Below, piece after piece: positions 12,378-23,370 of a DNA stretch of 64,000 nucleotides. This stretch comes from Schizochytrium sp. TIO01 (Eukaryota > Protista > Bigyra: Labyrinthulomycetes). Within the stretch, counting starts at the first letter, position 1; each line of letters opens with the position of its first letter. The notes beneath the pieces are model-generated. The model made no database searches, was not told the origin of the DNA, and was given only the letters and a program-made list of their open reading frames with translations. The stretch lies in contig SMSO01000032.1 in NCBI GenBank assembly GCA_004764695.1, positions 8,712,483-8,776,482 of the forward strand. Reading direction: 5' to 3'. The position numbers and the translations under genes were made by a program.

Positions 12378-13188
12378 CGGAGGCGGTGGTGCTCCAGGTG
12401 GAAATGGACAAGGTCCAGGAAATGGTGGTCAACCACCACCGCCACCCGCCCCAGGTGCAGGACCTGGTGGGGCAGGGAATGGAGACGGGATTCATAACAA
12501 CGCCGCCCTAATCCCTGCGAACATCAGCAGCAGTTTGAAAGATTCGTTTATTTCTGTCGCTGATAACATCTTCGCGGAAAAGAAGAATAGCGAAGGTTCT
12601 TTGCGCCACAGTGTGATTGAAATGCTCCCCCTCAAACAAATCTGCATTGGCTTCCCATGGGAGCTTCGCGAGGAACATCCCAGTGCAGACTTCATAACGC
12701 CGTCGATCAAAATGACAGTCAGTGGTATTCCTCTCGTGCTGAAAATCCTCGATAAGAAACTGGAATTTCGCAGTTTTTATTTTGATAAAGAGATGGAAAT
12801 GTACAGAGGCCCCCTGCGCAGTTTGCAGGGGTTATGTACACCCTATCTCTTTTACGCTGGGGGCTTTACCAACGATCGACAAATTATTGTGACTTCACGC
12901 GAGGGGGCACCCTTGGCTAACATGCCACATGCTGTGTTGAAGCAAACGTTTATCCATGAGCAGATGCGTCAGACGCTGTCAACTCTGCACGATAATGGGA
13001 TTACACACAACGCTATATGCCTTAATGCTTTTCATATGGTTGTCGCGGGCGAAAATGTCCGAATCTACCTAACTGACTTTGGATGTGCCAGTTACACTTG
13101 CAAGCAAACCGAGGAATTTGCGACCAGATGCAATAATGACATGCGGCGCCTCGAAGAACAAATCGAAGAAATCATGGAGTTTGAATGA
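10990..13188 (+). CDS. PD-(D/E)XK restriction-endonuclease-like domain plus C-terminal (pseudo)kinase domain protein; Crinkler CR-REase/CR-kinase or Spok-like
   Basis: Long uninterrupted ORF, first ATG at 10990. Nuclease-like motif D-A-D-Y...V-F-E-I-K, then QICGYM...YAVLST..TWLL. Poly-Asn and Gly/Pro linker. Kinase-like VLK..E..Y..L..LQG..P...G, L..LH..GITH and TDFG. Confidence 0.75.
12319..12378 (+). repeat. (AAC)20 coding repeat (poly-Asn)
   Basis: Directly visible, in frame with the 10990 ORF. Confidence 0.95.
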
Positions 13189-13252
13189 TTACAGTGACAG
13201 GAAAGAAAAACTCACTACAGTCCTAACAAAGATAAAAATAAAAATTATACTA

Positions 13253-13546
13253 TTAATTACTTTTTACTTGTAGACGCGCAAGTCGATTCTCAATGTCCTT
13301 CAAGCGGATCGCCTGATCTTGAATAGCTTTCATAATAACCTGTGATTCTGCGAACTGCCGTGATTCACCAGACTTCTTGCTAGGATTATACGGAACCATT
13401 TGCGTACTCGACGACGGAGTACTCAGAGGTGGAACCTTTGGAACAGAACCTGGCCACCAGCTTTTCTTCACAGGTGCGGGAGACCTACCAGCGCCACTAT
13501 ACAGTAGCTTATCTTCCTCTTTGATTGGAAAATACGCGACCTCGAG
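13253..13546 (-). other. ATG-less open frame (97 codons), possible terminal exon or gene fragment ending in a coiled coil
   Basis: Reads LEVAYFPIKEEDKLLYSGAGRSPAPVKKSWWPG...KAIQDQAIRLKDIENRLARLQVKSN*. Preceded on the minus strand by a pyrimidine tract and TAG. Confidence 0.35.
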
Positions 13547-14740
13547 CTAAGAGGCGCAACAGAAGGAAAGAAAGAAGATTTACATCCTATACATTAGGAA
13601 AGCGGGTTTTCCTCAGCGAAGAAGCTGCAGCAACAATCTTCGATTCCTGGTTAGCTACTGATTGGTGGAGTGCCATGATTGACTTGATTCAAGATACAAT
13701 CTGCAACACTTCGATTCATTCAGAGGCGGAGGGAGAGAGAAAAAGCCGTCAGTCCGAGGAGCTTTGATCGGGTATCCTGAGCAGAGCGCGAGCGATTAAT
13801 GTGAGAACGTGCTTACATTCACACATGCAAACATGCAAACAATCATACGTTAACTTAACTTATCAGATCGAATGATCTTTTTTAGAGTTTATTTATAACA
13901 CCATCAAACAATCAATGTATTGGACATTTCTATGGGCATGGATGCGTGAGCAGCGGTGATCTGAGAAAACTATGCTGCGCTCGGTCCTTGAGGGGATAAA
14001 GCAAAGACGCAATCCACAGGTTGGCGCTTCTCGAGATAAACCAGAGAGCGTGGCCGTGCCTTCGAGCTCCTCCCCCTGTCCTTGCAGCGACGATCTTCTG
14101 CGCAAGTCTTTAGAGAGATTTTCAAGATGCAAGGGTGAAGCGAGAGATAAAGAGTACACACCCAATGCACAACTTAGCAAGGACGAAACCAAAGGCACAG
14201 ACCGATTGGCTCAGCCATCCGTCCATTCATCCATTCATCAATCAATCAACCAATCCATTGGCTCGACTCGGCGGCAATGTCTCTGCTCTCTGCCGCGAAG
14301 AAAGGCTGTTTGCGAAAGAACTCCTCACGGACTTTGATTGGTTCGTTGGTCCATCGATCGATTGGGCTGAAGAAGGATTCCCGAGTGCCTCTCGACCTGT
14401 AACTGCTCACGCTAATGCCAATGCTGCGACAGCTGCTACTACGATCATAGCTGCGGCGACGAAGTTGTGTGCTGCCGCAGACCCGCAGCCTTTCTGGGCC
14501 CCCCTTGGCTGGCGACCTCTCCGCCTGAGGAGGCGAAATCGACATCAATCGTCGCCAATCGTCCATCATCGCCATCATTGACATCGTCGCCGTCAAGGCG
14601 GTCGCGGAGGCCATGACCGCCACCTGTGTGACGATGCACTTAACACTTACTTGCCTCAGCTTCCTGGCGCGAGGCTCCAGGCTCCAACTAACTAGATGCG
14701 ACGGCAGCGATTGGGATGGAGAACTTTAAGGACGAAGGGT

Positions 14741-14790
14741 TTGGAATTGCTTGGAATTGCTTGGAATTGCTTGGAGCTGCTTGGAATTGA
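14741..14790. repeat. (TTGGAATTGC)n decamer repeat
   Basis: Directly visible, about 5 units with one variant. Confidence 0.85.
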
Positions 14791-16209
14791 AGGCGTCTGG
14801 AGCTGCTTAGGGTCGCTGGAGATTGCTTCGTTGGCTCTGGGAAAAGGCAACGCGAAGGGGTTCGTTCGAGCATAATGAGCAGAGACGCTCGCTTTGCAAA
14901 TTCGAAGATATCTATCTATCTATCCATGCAAGGCCTCGAAATTGCTCCAGGTTTGATTGAGGGAGTCCAGTGAAGGACCACCTGCGCCGGTCACCTCTGA
15001 GAGCGCTCTTTTTAATTTTCAGGAAGCTCGAAGATGATTGATTGTCGAATATGTATGGTATTACAAAATAAAAATGAAACACATTCTGTAAGGATGGATG
15101 GCCATTACCAACAGAAAGCTTCTTGCGTGATTTTTAGCTTCTTGTCCTCTTTTTGATTGACGTGTCGAAAAACAAAACAAAAAACTGTTGCAACAGGAAG
15201 CAGAGACCATAAAGATCGTAAAGATCGTAAAGACAGACAAGATATATGCATAGGAAGGAAGAACTTGAGTGCTGAGAATCCTACTTTCAAGCAAGCTGGA
15301 TAATGGAGCGAGCTGAGCGATGTCTGCAAAGGTGCAGGTAAGCTGAAGCATTCCTGCACAATCGATCGATCGATCAATCAATCGATCAATCAATCAGCTC
15401 AAGTGAAGTCAAGTGAAGTCAAGTGAAGTCGAGTCGAGTCGAGTCGAGTGGAGTCCGCGCCTTCCCCTCAACTTTGCTGCTCGAAGCGCCGAGTGTCGCA
15501 AACTTGAGGCCGCAAAGGCACTGTGAGTAGGAAGGGTCTATGTTTTAACCAGAGCTGAGGGCACCTAATCTGATTGAACTCTTGGTTCGCGAAGCGTTTG
15601 CAGAGAATGCGGTCGCATTTTGGTAAACGATCGTGATTATGGGCTGTGTGTGAGGGTCTGAGCCACATCAGCGAAGCACTCAGGGAGGTAGGTAGGTAGG
15701 TAGGTACCTAGGAGTCAAAGGTGGTGATCGTTCGTGCGTCTGTTTCTTCATTCGTTCATGCTACATCGCATCCCTGAACAAGAGATCCGTCTGCGTTGAG
15801 TCGATACTTTCAAGTTGAAGTTGATTGGTGGTTTCCGATATTCCTAATATTTTTATCATTCGCTCTTGTTAAAAATTAATGAAAATGTAAAGATATCTAG
15901 GCCCCGGTAAAGTGTATATTATGCGTTCATCATGATCTGTTTTTAGTTTTTAATTTTAGTTAAAACAATTTTAACAAGAAGATCAAGGTCACTGAGTGTA
16001 CTTTTTAGTTACGCATTATGGACATAGAAAGAACACAGCACGGCTGCTTCCCTCCCTCCCTCGCTTGAATAGACAATTTGCTTTTAATTTCTGGTCACTT
16101 TCAAACTAACGGGCCTTGCAAAAATCAGAGGCTACGAGACGAAAGTAAGGCCTCGCGCGATCGATGGACTCGACACGATCATTGCCTTCAAAAGACAGTG
16201 TCATGAGTG

Positions 16210-16465
16210 AAACAAACAAACAAACAAACAAACAAACAAACAAACAAACAAACAAACAAACAAACAAACAAACAAACAAACAAACAAACAAACAAACAAA
16301 CAAACAAACAAACAAACAAACAAACAAACAAACAAACAAACAAACAAACAAACAAACAAACAAACAAACAAACAAACAAACAAACAAACAAACAAACAAA
16401 CAAACAAACAAACAAACAAACAAACAAACAAACAAACAAACAAACAAACAAACAAACAAATAAAC
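16210..16465. repeat. Long (AAAC)n microsatellite
   Basis: Directly visible; explains the TNKQ and LFVC ORFs. Confidence 0.95.
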
Positions 16466-18993
16466 AGGAACAGCAAGTTTTCGAACGAACACTTGTTTCG
16501 AGGTTCACGCCGGAATCAAGCTCGCCGGCTGTGGTGAATGAAGGTCCGCTGGTCAAGTTGCTGTTGCACGCTGTTTAAATCGCCGTTGGCAGACAGGTTC
16601 TTCGATTTCTCCTCTTCAGTCAGACCCAATTCAATCAAAGTCCAGTTTGTTTGTTTGGGTCCACGAGGCGTGATGTATCGTAGAGAACTGCGCGACTTAA
16701 ACTGGAGAGAGAACCTTCCTGCTCATTGTATAAACTCGTTGGCAAAGGTTCAACTTTCTTTTTTCTACTTTCTTTCAGAATAAATAAATAAATAAAATTA
16801 AAAAATAACTATAATATAATAGATCTTATTTGCAGTTTTAGAAAAAAGTGATTTGAGATGTAAAAGTGTTGACCTTGCTCCTGCGCAGGGCGACGTCTGG
16901 CACTGCGTCTACTACCAACTATTAATTAATTACAGGGAGCTAACGTTATTGGTTTAGTTTATTTCGAGCAATGATCAAAGCCAATCAACCCATCAATCTC
17001 CATCAGATTAGTGTCTAGGTATCTGGTAGGCACCCAATCAGCTGTGCAGATTATGAAGCAGTGTTTGAGCCCTAAAGAAAGAGGGAGACGACCCAGCAAA
17101 AGAATTTTGCTGTGGGAAAGGTGTAAGCGAATCATTTCTGCAAGCCAGTCCGCCACAGCTTCCCGGGTTCGCTCTCTGGCAATGATGGTAGCTACCTCTT
17201 AACCAAAAAACAACAACAGTAGAAAATGGGTCGTTCTCTCCTTTTCTGAGTTTTTCTTCTCTTCTGTTTTCTTCTTCTTTTGTTCGATAGTTTGCTCCAT
17301 CTTATGAAGACCGAGAGGGCTCTGGAGGTCGGTAAAAAGGGTTGCCTTTAGAACTTTGGTCAAGTTGAAGATGTAGGAAATAACTGTGTAAGAGCTCCTC
17401 CTATTTTTTTTATTTATTTTTTTTTAATAAATATAATAACAGTTATTCGTGTACTGGTACACATGGGCTCCACTAAATAATCTTTCCTTCATAAAAACCG
17501 ACTTGAAAGGATGGATGATTGGATGAAATCGGGTTGAGCAGGCTAATGCGACAGCTCTTTAGGTCCGGGACTATAATATTTAATTTAAAAAAATAAATTA
17601 CTTAAACATGTGTGTATGTATATGCGAAACCAAAGTTAAAACGTTTTAGCTCTAGTGTTTCATCTTCATGAAGGTACACATTCCTGCTAGGAAGACGATT
17701 TCTAATTCGTAGCCAGCAGAAAGCATGATGAAGGCACCCGCAGCGAGTCTGCCCAGATGCGGATGCCCGTTTCGAGGTGCTTAGCAGCGCCAGCCTGTGG
17801 CGCAAATCTGCTCAAGCCAAGCTTTGGCAGGTAAGTAGGTACATACATACATACATACATACATGGCTCATGCAGCACGATTTTAGTTTACTGTTGGAAC
17901 CAGCGCGCCGTACGGTGTTCTGTTCCCTGAATTCACGGCGCAGGCGACAACAAAGAACGCAGGGACCGCAATTTGTTTCTGGGACCTCGAAGCGCGAACT
18001 CTGCTGCGCTTCGAAAAGACCTGACCAGAAGGCGGCGCTTTGAGGACGATCCGATCCGATCCGTGCTGGGCCTGGCCTTGAGCTAGCTAGCTAGCTAGCT
18101 AGCACCTACGCACGTGGCCACGAAAGAGCACATGATCACGACACCCTCGAACGCAGAACTGGGCGATGATGTTACCCTCTGCTCTTCCGTTATTCATCCA
18201 TTCATTCATTCATTGGTTCGCGAAAGTGCCTCCCTCATGTGCTGCTATCTGCATTAGGCACTGTCTTCGATGCGCAGTTGACATTAAACTCTGTGGCACT
18301 ATCTCTTGAAGAAGCAAACTTCATGGGTCTGGTCGCTCATGATACTGTGACTAACTCACTGGGAGAGAGCTTTGCGGCGGCGAAGAAAGATCTTCGTGAG
18401 CAGACGCCGAGTTCAAGGTAGGTGGTGGACGGGGTGAGCGAACGATAATCGAGCCATCGAGCAATCAGCCGCGGATTGGTGCATGGCGTCGCGAACTAAA
18501 CGTCAAGAGAGGACCTGCTCTGCGAGGATCGACTTCTACCCAGCCATCCATCCATCCATTTCTTCTGGTTCACAGCATTACATTTCGTCGCATTACATTT
18601 TGTTGCATTACATTTCTTTCGCGGCATATCCATATAATTAGTTGGCTTTGAAGAACACTCGAATCAACTTTGCTCACGGAGGCCTTGCGTGGCAGAGCGA
18701 AGGCAGGCAACAAACGCCTGCCTTCGACTTCATCAGCGGCTCGCGAGTAGATGCCGGCCTGTTCATGGTTGGACGCGGCATGGTTGCCTCGAAGAGCGCT
18801 CGCAGCTTGGATCAGGAGGGCGTGCCGTTTGGCCATTATAGGCACATAAAGGGACAAGTGAGCCTCGCTCCATGAAAACAAAGCCACAGGAATGACGTTT
18901 CACTGAAGAGGACAAGTTTCTTGTCCTTGGAACTCAAGAAATGCCTCGAGGTATTCATCGCGGCACGTACAAGAACTTGTCGTTGCACTAATC

Positions 18994-19028
18994 GCGAATT
19001 GCGAATTGCGAATTGCGAATTGCGAATT
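18994..19028. repeat. (GCGAATT)5 heptamer repeat
   Basis: Directly visible. Confidence 0.85.
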
Positions 19029-21820
19029 AATGGTGTTTGGTTGGTTTCTTGGCCGATCGTGGCCCGGTGATTCTCCAAGAATACAATCCATCGAGGCATC
19101 GACGAATTCGAACCTTGCAACTAAAAACACAGCAAGCTGTCATGAATGCTTTCGTTGGAAGAGATCCGTCGGCATAAAACCTTTCAGCTTCACGACAGTC
19201 ACAGTGACCTCCATGCGATCGGTCGCCTCGCCAAGGCGCCATATTTCGGCCTTCCCCCCAGAAATGCCAATGTCAAAGCTTGAGGATCGAATGAGGACGC
19301 AGAAAGAAAGCAATGATGATCGTCGTCAACTTCAAAGAAAACAAACAAACAAACAAACAAACAAACAAACGAACGAGCTATCTGCTGCAGTGAGTAGGTA
19401 ACCTAAGATGCTTGGCACTGCGCGAACTGTGCAACTGTGCGCACTATGCGAACTGTGTGAACTGTGTAGAGTTGGTAACTGTGGAAGATGTGGGAAGGTA
19501 GCCACGCGTGCTGCTTCTTCTAGGAGGAGCGGAAGCAAAGCCGCCGAGAGCGAAGGAGTGGCAGGCGGACGAGGAGAAGATGTTTGGGAACTGACAGAAG
19601 GGCCCGAAGAACGAAGGTTTGTGTATGGTCAGTCGCTCAGGAAACCTGGACTTCTATCGAGTTTTAGGCGCCCTTCAAGTTATTGGGATGGACGCAGAAA
19701 GCTCGAGTTTGACGAATGGCTCAAGTCAAGGAGTGAATGAATGAATGAATGAATGAATGAGTGAGTGAGTGAATGAGTCATTGAAGGATTCCGCGGAACA
19801 AAACGAACTTGGGGGTCTGCGAGACGGCGAGATGAATAAGACGTCTGACGAAGCTTAAGAGGTAACGTGAAGTAAATAGCATCGCAAGCGGTTTAGAAAT
19901 CGTGGCGCTGGAAGAGAGAGATCTTCGACGAATGCTTCTCCTGCTCCCCCTCCGCCTCACACTCCTCACTCACTTCCACAACAGTAGGTGAGGGGATGAA
20001 GGTGAAGATATTGTGGCAGACAGCGCTGCTGTGTGGAGAGGCGCTGCCTGTACTCCTGCCCTCCTTCCCTCCTTCCTGGCTTAAAGGCGTTGGAGAAGAC
20101 CTTTCGCCTTGGCTTTGCTAGCTAGAGTCATGAAACAGCGCAAATGTAAACTCAGTTCATCATATTTCTATTGTTTCTTCAAGTTTTTCCTTTTTTATTG
20201 TATATATATTTTTAATATATATTTTTTTTAATAATAATAAATTGAAGGTCGATGTTCTCGTTCTCACTGTCAAAGGAAATAACAAGCACTCACATTCTCA
20301 CTCTCTACCAAGAAGGAGCTCAGTGATTTGTTGGTATCCATCTCTTGGTGGAGATAAAAAGAGCTCCTGCGCCAGAGCCGATCAGACTGAAGCAGCCTCA
20401 CTCCGAGGGCTCTTCTTCTTTCTAAACCATCGATCGTTATTGATTGATGCTCTACGTAGACAGAGACACCTCAGTGGGTAGGTGGTGTTACCTGGGTACT
20501 TTTGCTGTACAATAGAGAAAGTCTAAGATTGATGAGACAACCAACTTCTTCGAAGCACCTGCAAATCGAATGAATGTAAGCTTGAACCTTTAAAATTTGC
20601 AACAACAACAACAACAGAAACACGTGCGTCTCCTATGATGGGTGACAAAGTGCTTTTGGGCCCAATCGCGGGAACAACTCAAAAACGTGCTGGATGGTGC
20701 CACATTCGTTAATGGCATGGTTTTCAAGTGCAATTGTCTAGCTAGGCAGGCAAATAAATAACCAGTTTGCTCCACTGCCGACGGGGGAAGCTCGGCTTTG
20801 AGAATGAGCGCTTGGCGGAAGCCAACGAACGACACATCATTCGAGGTACCTTGAATTTTCTGAATCTATATACTCTATCGCTCAGGTGGAACAAATCACG
20901 ACCATTCGGAGATTGGTGATGTAATTTCCAACTTCTTCATAGGTACAGAGGGAAAGGAGCACCACGGTGGCATTGACGACGAGACACCGTTCAGGAGCAA
21001 CTCGGCATGGCGTCAAACCCCTGAAACACGAACACAAAGAGCTCACGACAGCCCCAGAGAGAAAGAGAGAGATTGGTGGATATTGATTGACTTCGTGATC
21101 ATAGTTGAGCTTTAAGGGCTCTTGTTTTGCAAGCAAGGTGCTCAGTGGTTTTGCTTGGCAAGGTTTTGCTTGGCAAGCCTCAAAGGTGTCGTGGAGCTAA
21201 GCGGGACTGCAAACACAAGGACCAAGACAAGGAAGCGAAGGCCTGAGCTGAGTTTAGCTGAGTTGAGAGATGATGTTTCGAGCCCAAACTACCTAGGTGC
21301 TAAGCTACCTTCAAGGGTTCATTCACTTCAACAGGCTCTCTCGCTCGTCTTTGTGATTTCTTCGATCGATTATTGGCGACGAACCATCTAATAACTCAAA
21401 CCTCCAAGCCGCCGGAAATCCCTCAACAATCGCAGGACACTGTTAGCTATATTCTGCATGATCGTGTGATGTGAATCTCAGCAGGTACATACTAGGCCGA
21501 GTGTTCATGCACTACAATGAGAGGTGTGATGAACAAAGTGCTTCGTTTTACAAACTTCGTTTCAAATAACGCTATTATTTGAAAACGTTACGTATAGAAA
21601 CGTTTCATACTGCGCTGAGTTTTTGTAGAAGGTTTCTTGCTGCTCTTCAAGGACGACTATCCATTGAGCAATCAAAATCAGGCGAGCCCCTGGCCCCTTT
21701 GATCTGCTCTCTATTGCAGGTCAGCGAGCTTGGAAAAGCGACTGCAGTTACCCTCCACAAAGTGTACTCTTGAACCCTTATTTGCGCGTCTGAGCTTGAA
21801 AGCACAAAAGAAGATCAAAG

Positions 21821-22738
21821 ATGGAGCACCCCGTGCAAGTAGAAGAATGGTACGAGGCTAATAAAAGTAGCTTCGCGCCGCCCGTGTGTAACAAGCTCAT
21901 GTACAAAGGCCAGCTATCAGTCATGTTCGTGGGTGGCCCAAACACTCGCGAAGATTTCCATGTCGAGGATGGTAGTGAATTTTTCTGGCAAATGAAGGGA
22001 CGCATGGAGCTCCCGACGATGCAATGTGGAGAACGCAAGCTCGTCAAAATTGATGAAGGCTACGTGTTCTGCCTTCCATCGCGAGTGCCACACTCACCAC
22101 AACGCCCTGTCCAAGATTCTCTTGGACTTGTCATCGAGCGTGCACGCCTCCAGGACGAAGACGATGCACTTCGGTTCTACACCGATTTTACCAAATGCGA
22201 TCGCATGCTTTGGGAACGCTACTTTCACTGTGAAGACCTTGGCAAGGATTTACTTCCTGTCATTACATCCTGGAAGAACTCCGAGGAAAGTAAAACTCGT
22301 GAACCCACCGAGGGAAGCCTTCCCGAGGACAAGAAGATCGTGGAAAACGCGTCTACGAAAGTGCCCGAGCCATTCCACCTCATGACATGGGTCAAGGAAC
22401 ATGACCAAGCACTCAGCGAGGACAACTCATCACTTCCACTTTTTCCAGGTCACCCTGACAAGGAGTTTAACATTGTCATTGAAGGCAACAAGTCCACCGC
22501 TGAAGAGACCTGGGCTGCGGCTCCGGATGCTGCTTTGGAGATCTTTCTATTTCAGCTTGTGGGTACATCCAAGGTTTTTGTACAGGATGCTGAGGGACAA
22601 GAAACCCAACACGACCTGGCAGAGGGTGCATGCTTTGTTGTCAAGGCTGGCAGCACCTTCAAGTCAACCCGTGGTAACAAATCACGCATGATGCGGCTTA
22701 CGCAGGATCCTCGGGGAAACAGAGGCGAGGAGGCATAA
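21821..22738 (+). CDS. HAAO: 3-hydroxyanthranilate 3,4-dioxygenase (two-cupin, animal-like length)
   Basis: PPVCNKLM, MFVGGPNTREDFH, EFFWQMKG, LPSRVPHSPQR, GLVIER and FHCEDLG motifs. Confidence 0.95.
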   Translation: MEHPVQVEEWYEANKSSFAPPVCNKLMYKGQLSVMFVGGPNTREDFHVEDGSEFFWQMKGRMELPTMQCGERKLVKIDEGYVFCLPSRVPHSPQRPVQDSLGLVIERARLQDEDDALRFYTDFTKCDRMLWERYFHCEDLGKDLLPVITSWKNSEESKTREPTEGSLPEDKKIVENASTKVPEPFHLMTWVKEHDQALSEDNSSLPLFPGHPDKEFNIVIEGNKSTAEETWAAAPDAALEIFLFQLVGTSKVFVQDAEGQETQHDLAEGACFVVKAGSTFKSTRGNKSRMMRLTQDPRGNRGEEA

Positions 22739-23370
22739 ACTAGCATCACACGACCCCTCACTTGTATAAGGCATGAAAACTTCGACCAATCTATTTGATG
22801 TGACCGTCACGAACTCTCCTCCGCTTTAATAAGCCATGCATGCAACCCTGGTGTGCAAATAATGTCGCAGCGCAGGCTCTTGTTTCTTACTTGCTCTCTC
22901 GCTCTCTCACTTTTTTCTAAAACACATACTCAAGCGAAGGTTTCCGCCGACCCACCCATGTTACTACCTCCCTCTTTATTGTTTGAAGAATCAGTACTGC
23001 TTATAGTGTATATGAACTACTCTAGTGCAATGTCTTTCCTTTAGAAGACCAAACCACGACATCCATTCTTGCCGTTGATTAGCTTGTCTCTTGTTCCTCC
23101 ACTTTTACTGTCAATATTTAAGCTTGCTTCCCTCTCTTTCGAAGTCGCTCGTTACCCCGGAGTAAAACCTTGGCTTGCTAATAAGGAGATCGTACTCCTT
23201 TCGGTACTTTCAACGACAGGAAGGGATGAAAAGGAGTATTGCTATATTGCAGAGGTGGCGCCGGATCTTCTTCTCTTCTTTTTTTTTCAACACAGGAGCA
23301 TTTGACATATACGTTCTATTGACGTCAGGTTTTAAAAGTTGCGCGTAGGGAGTGAGCGAGCAAAGCACGC

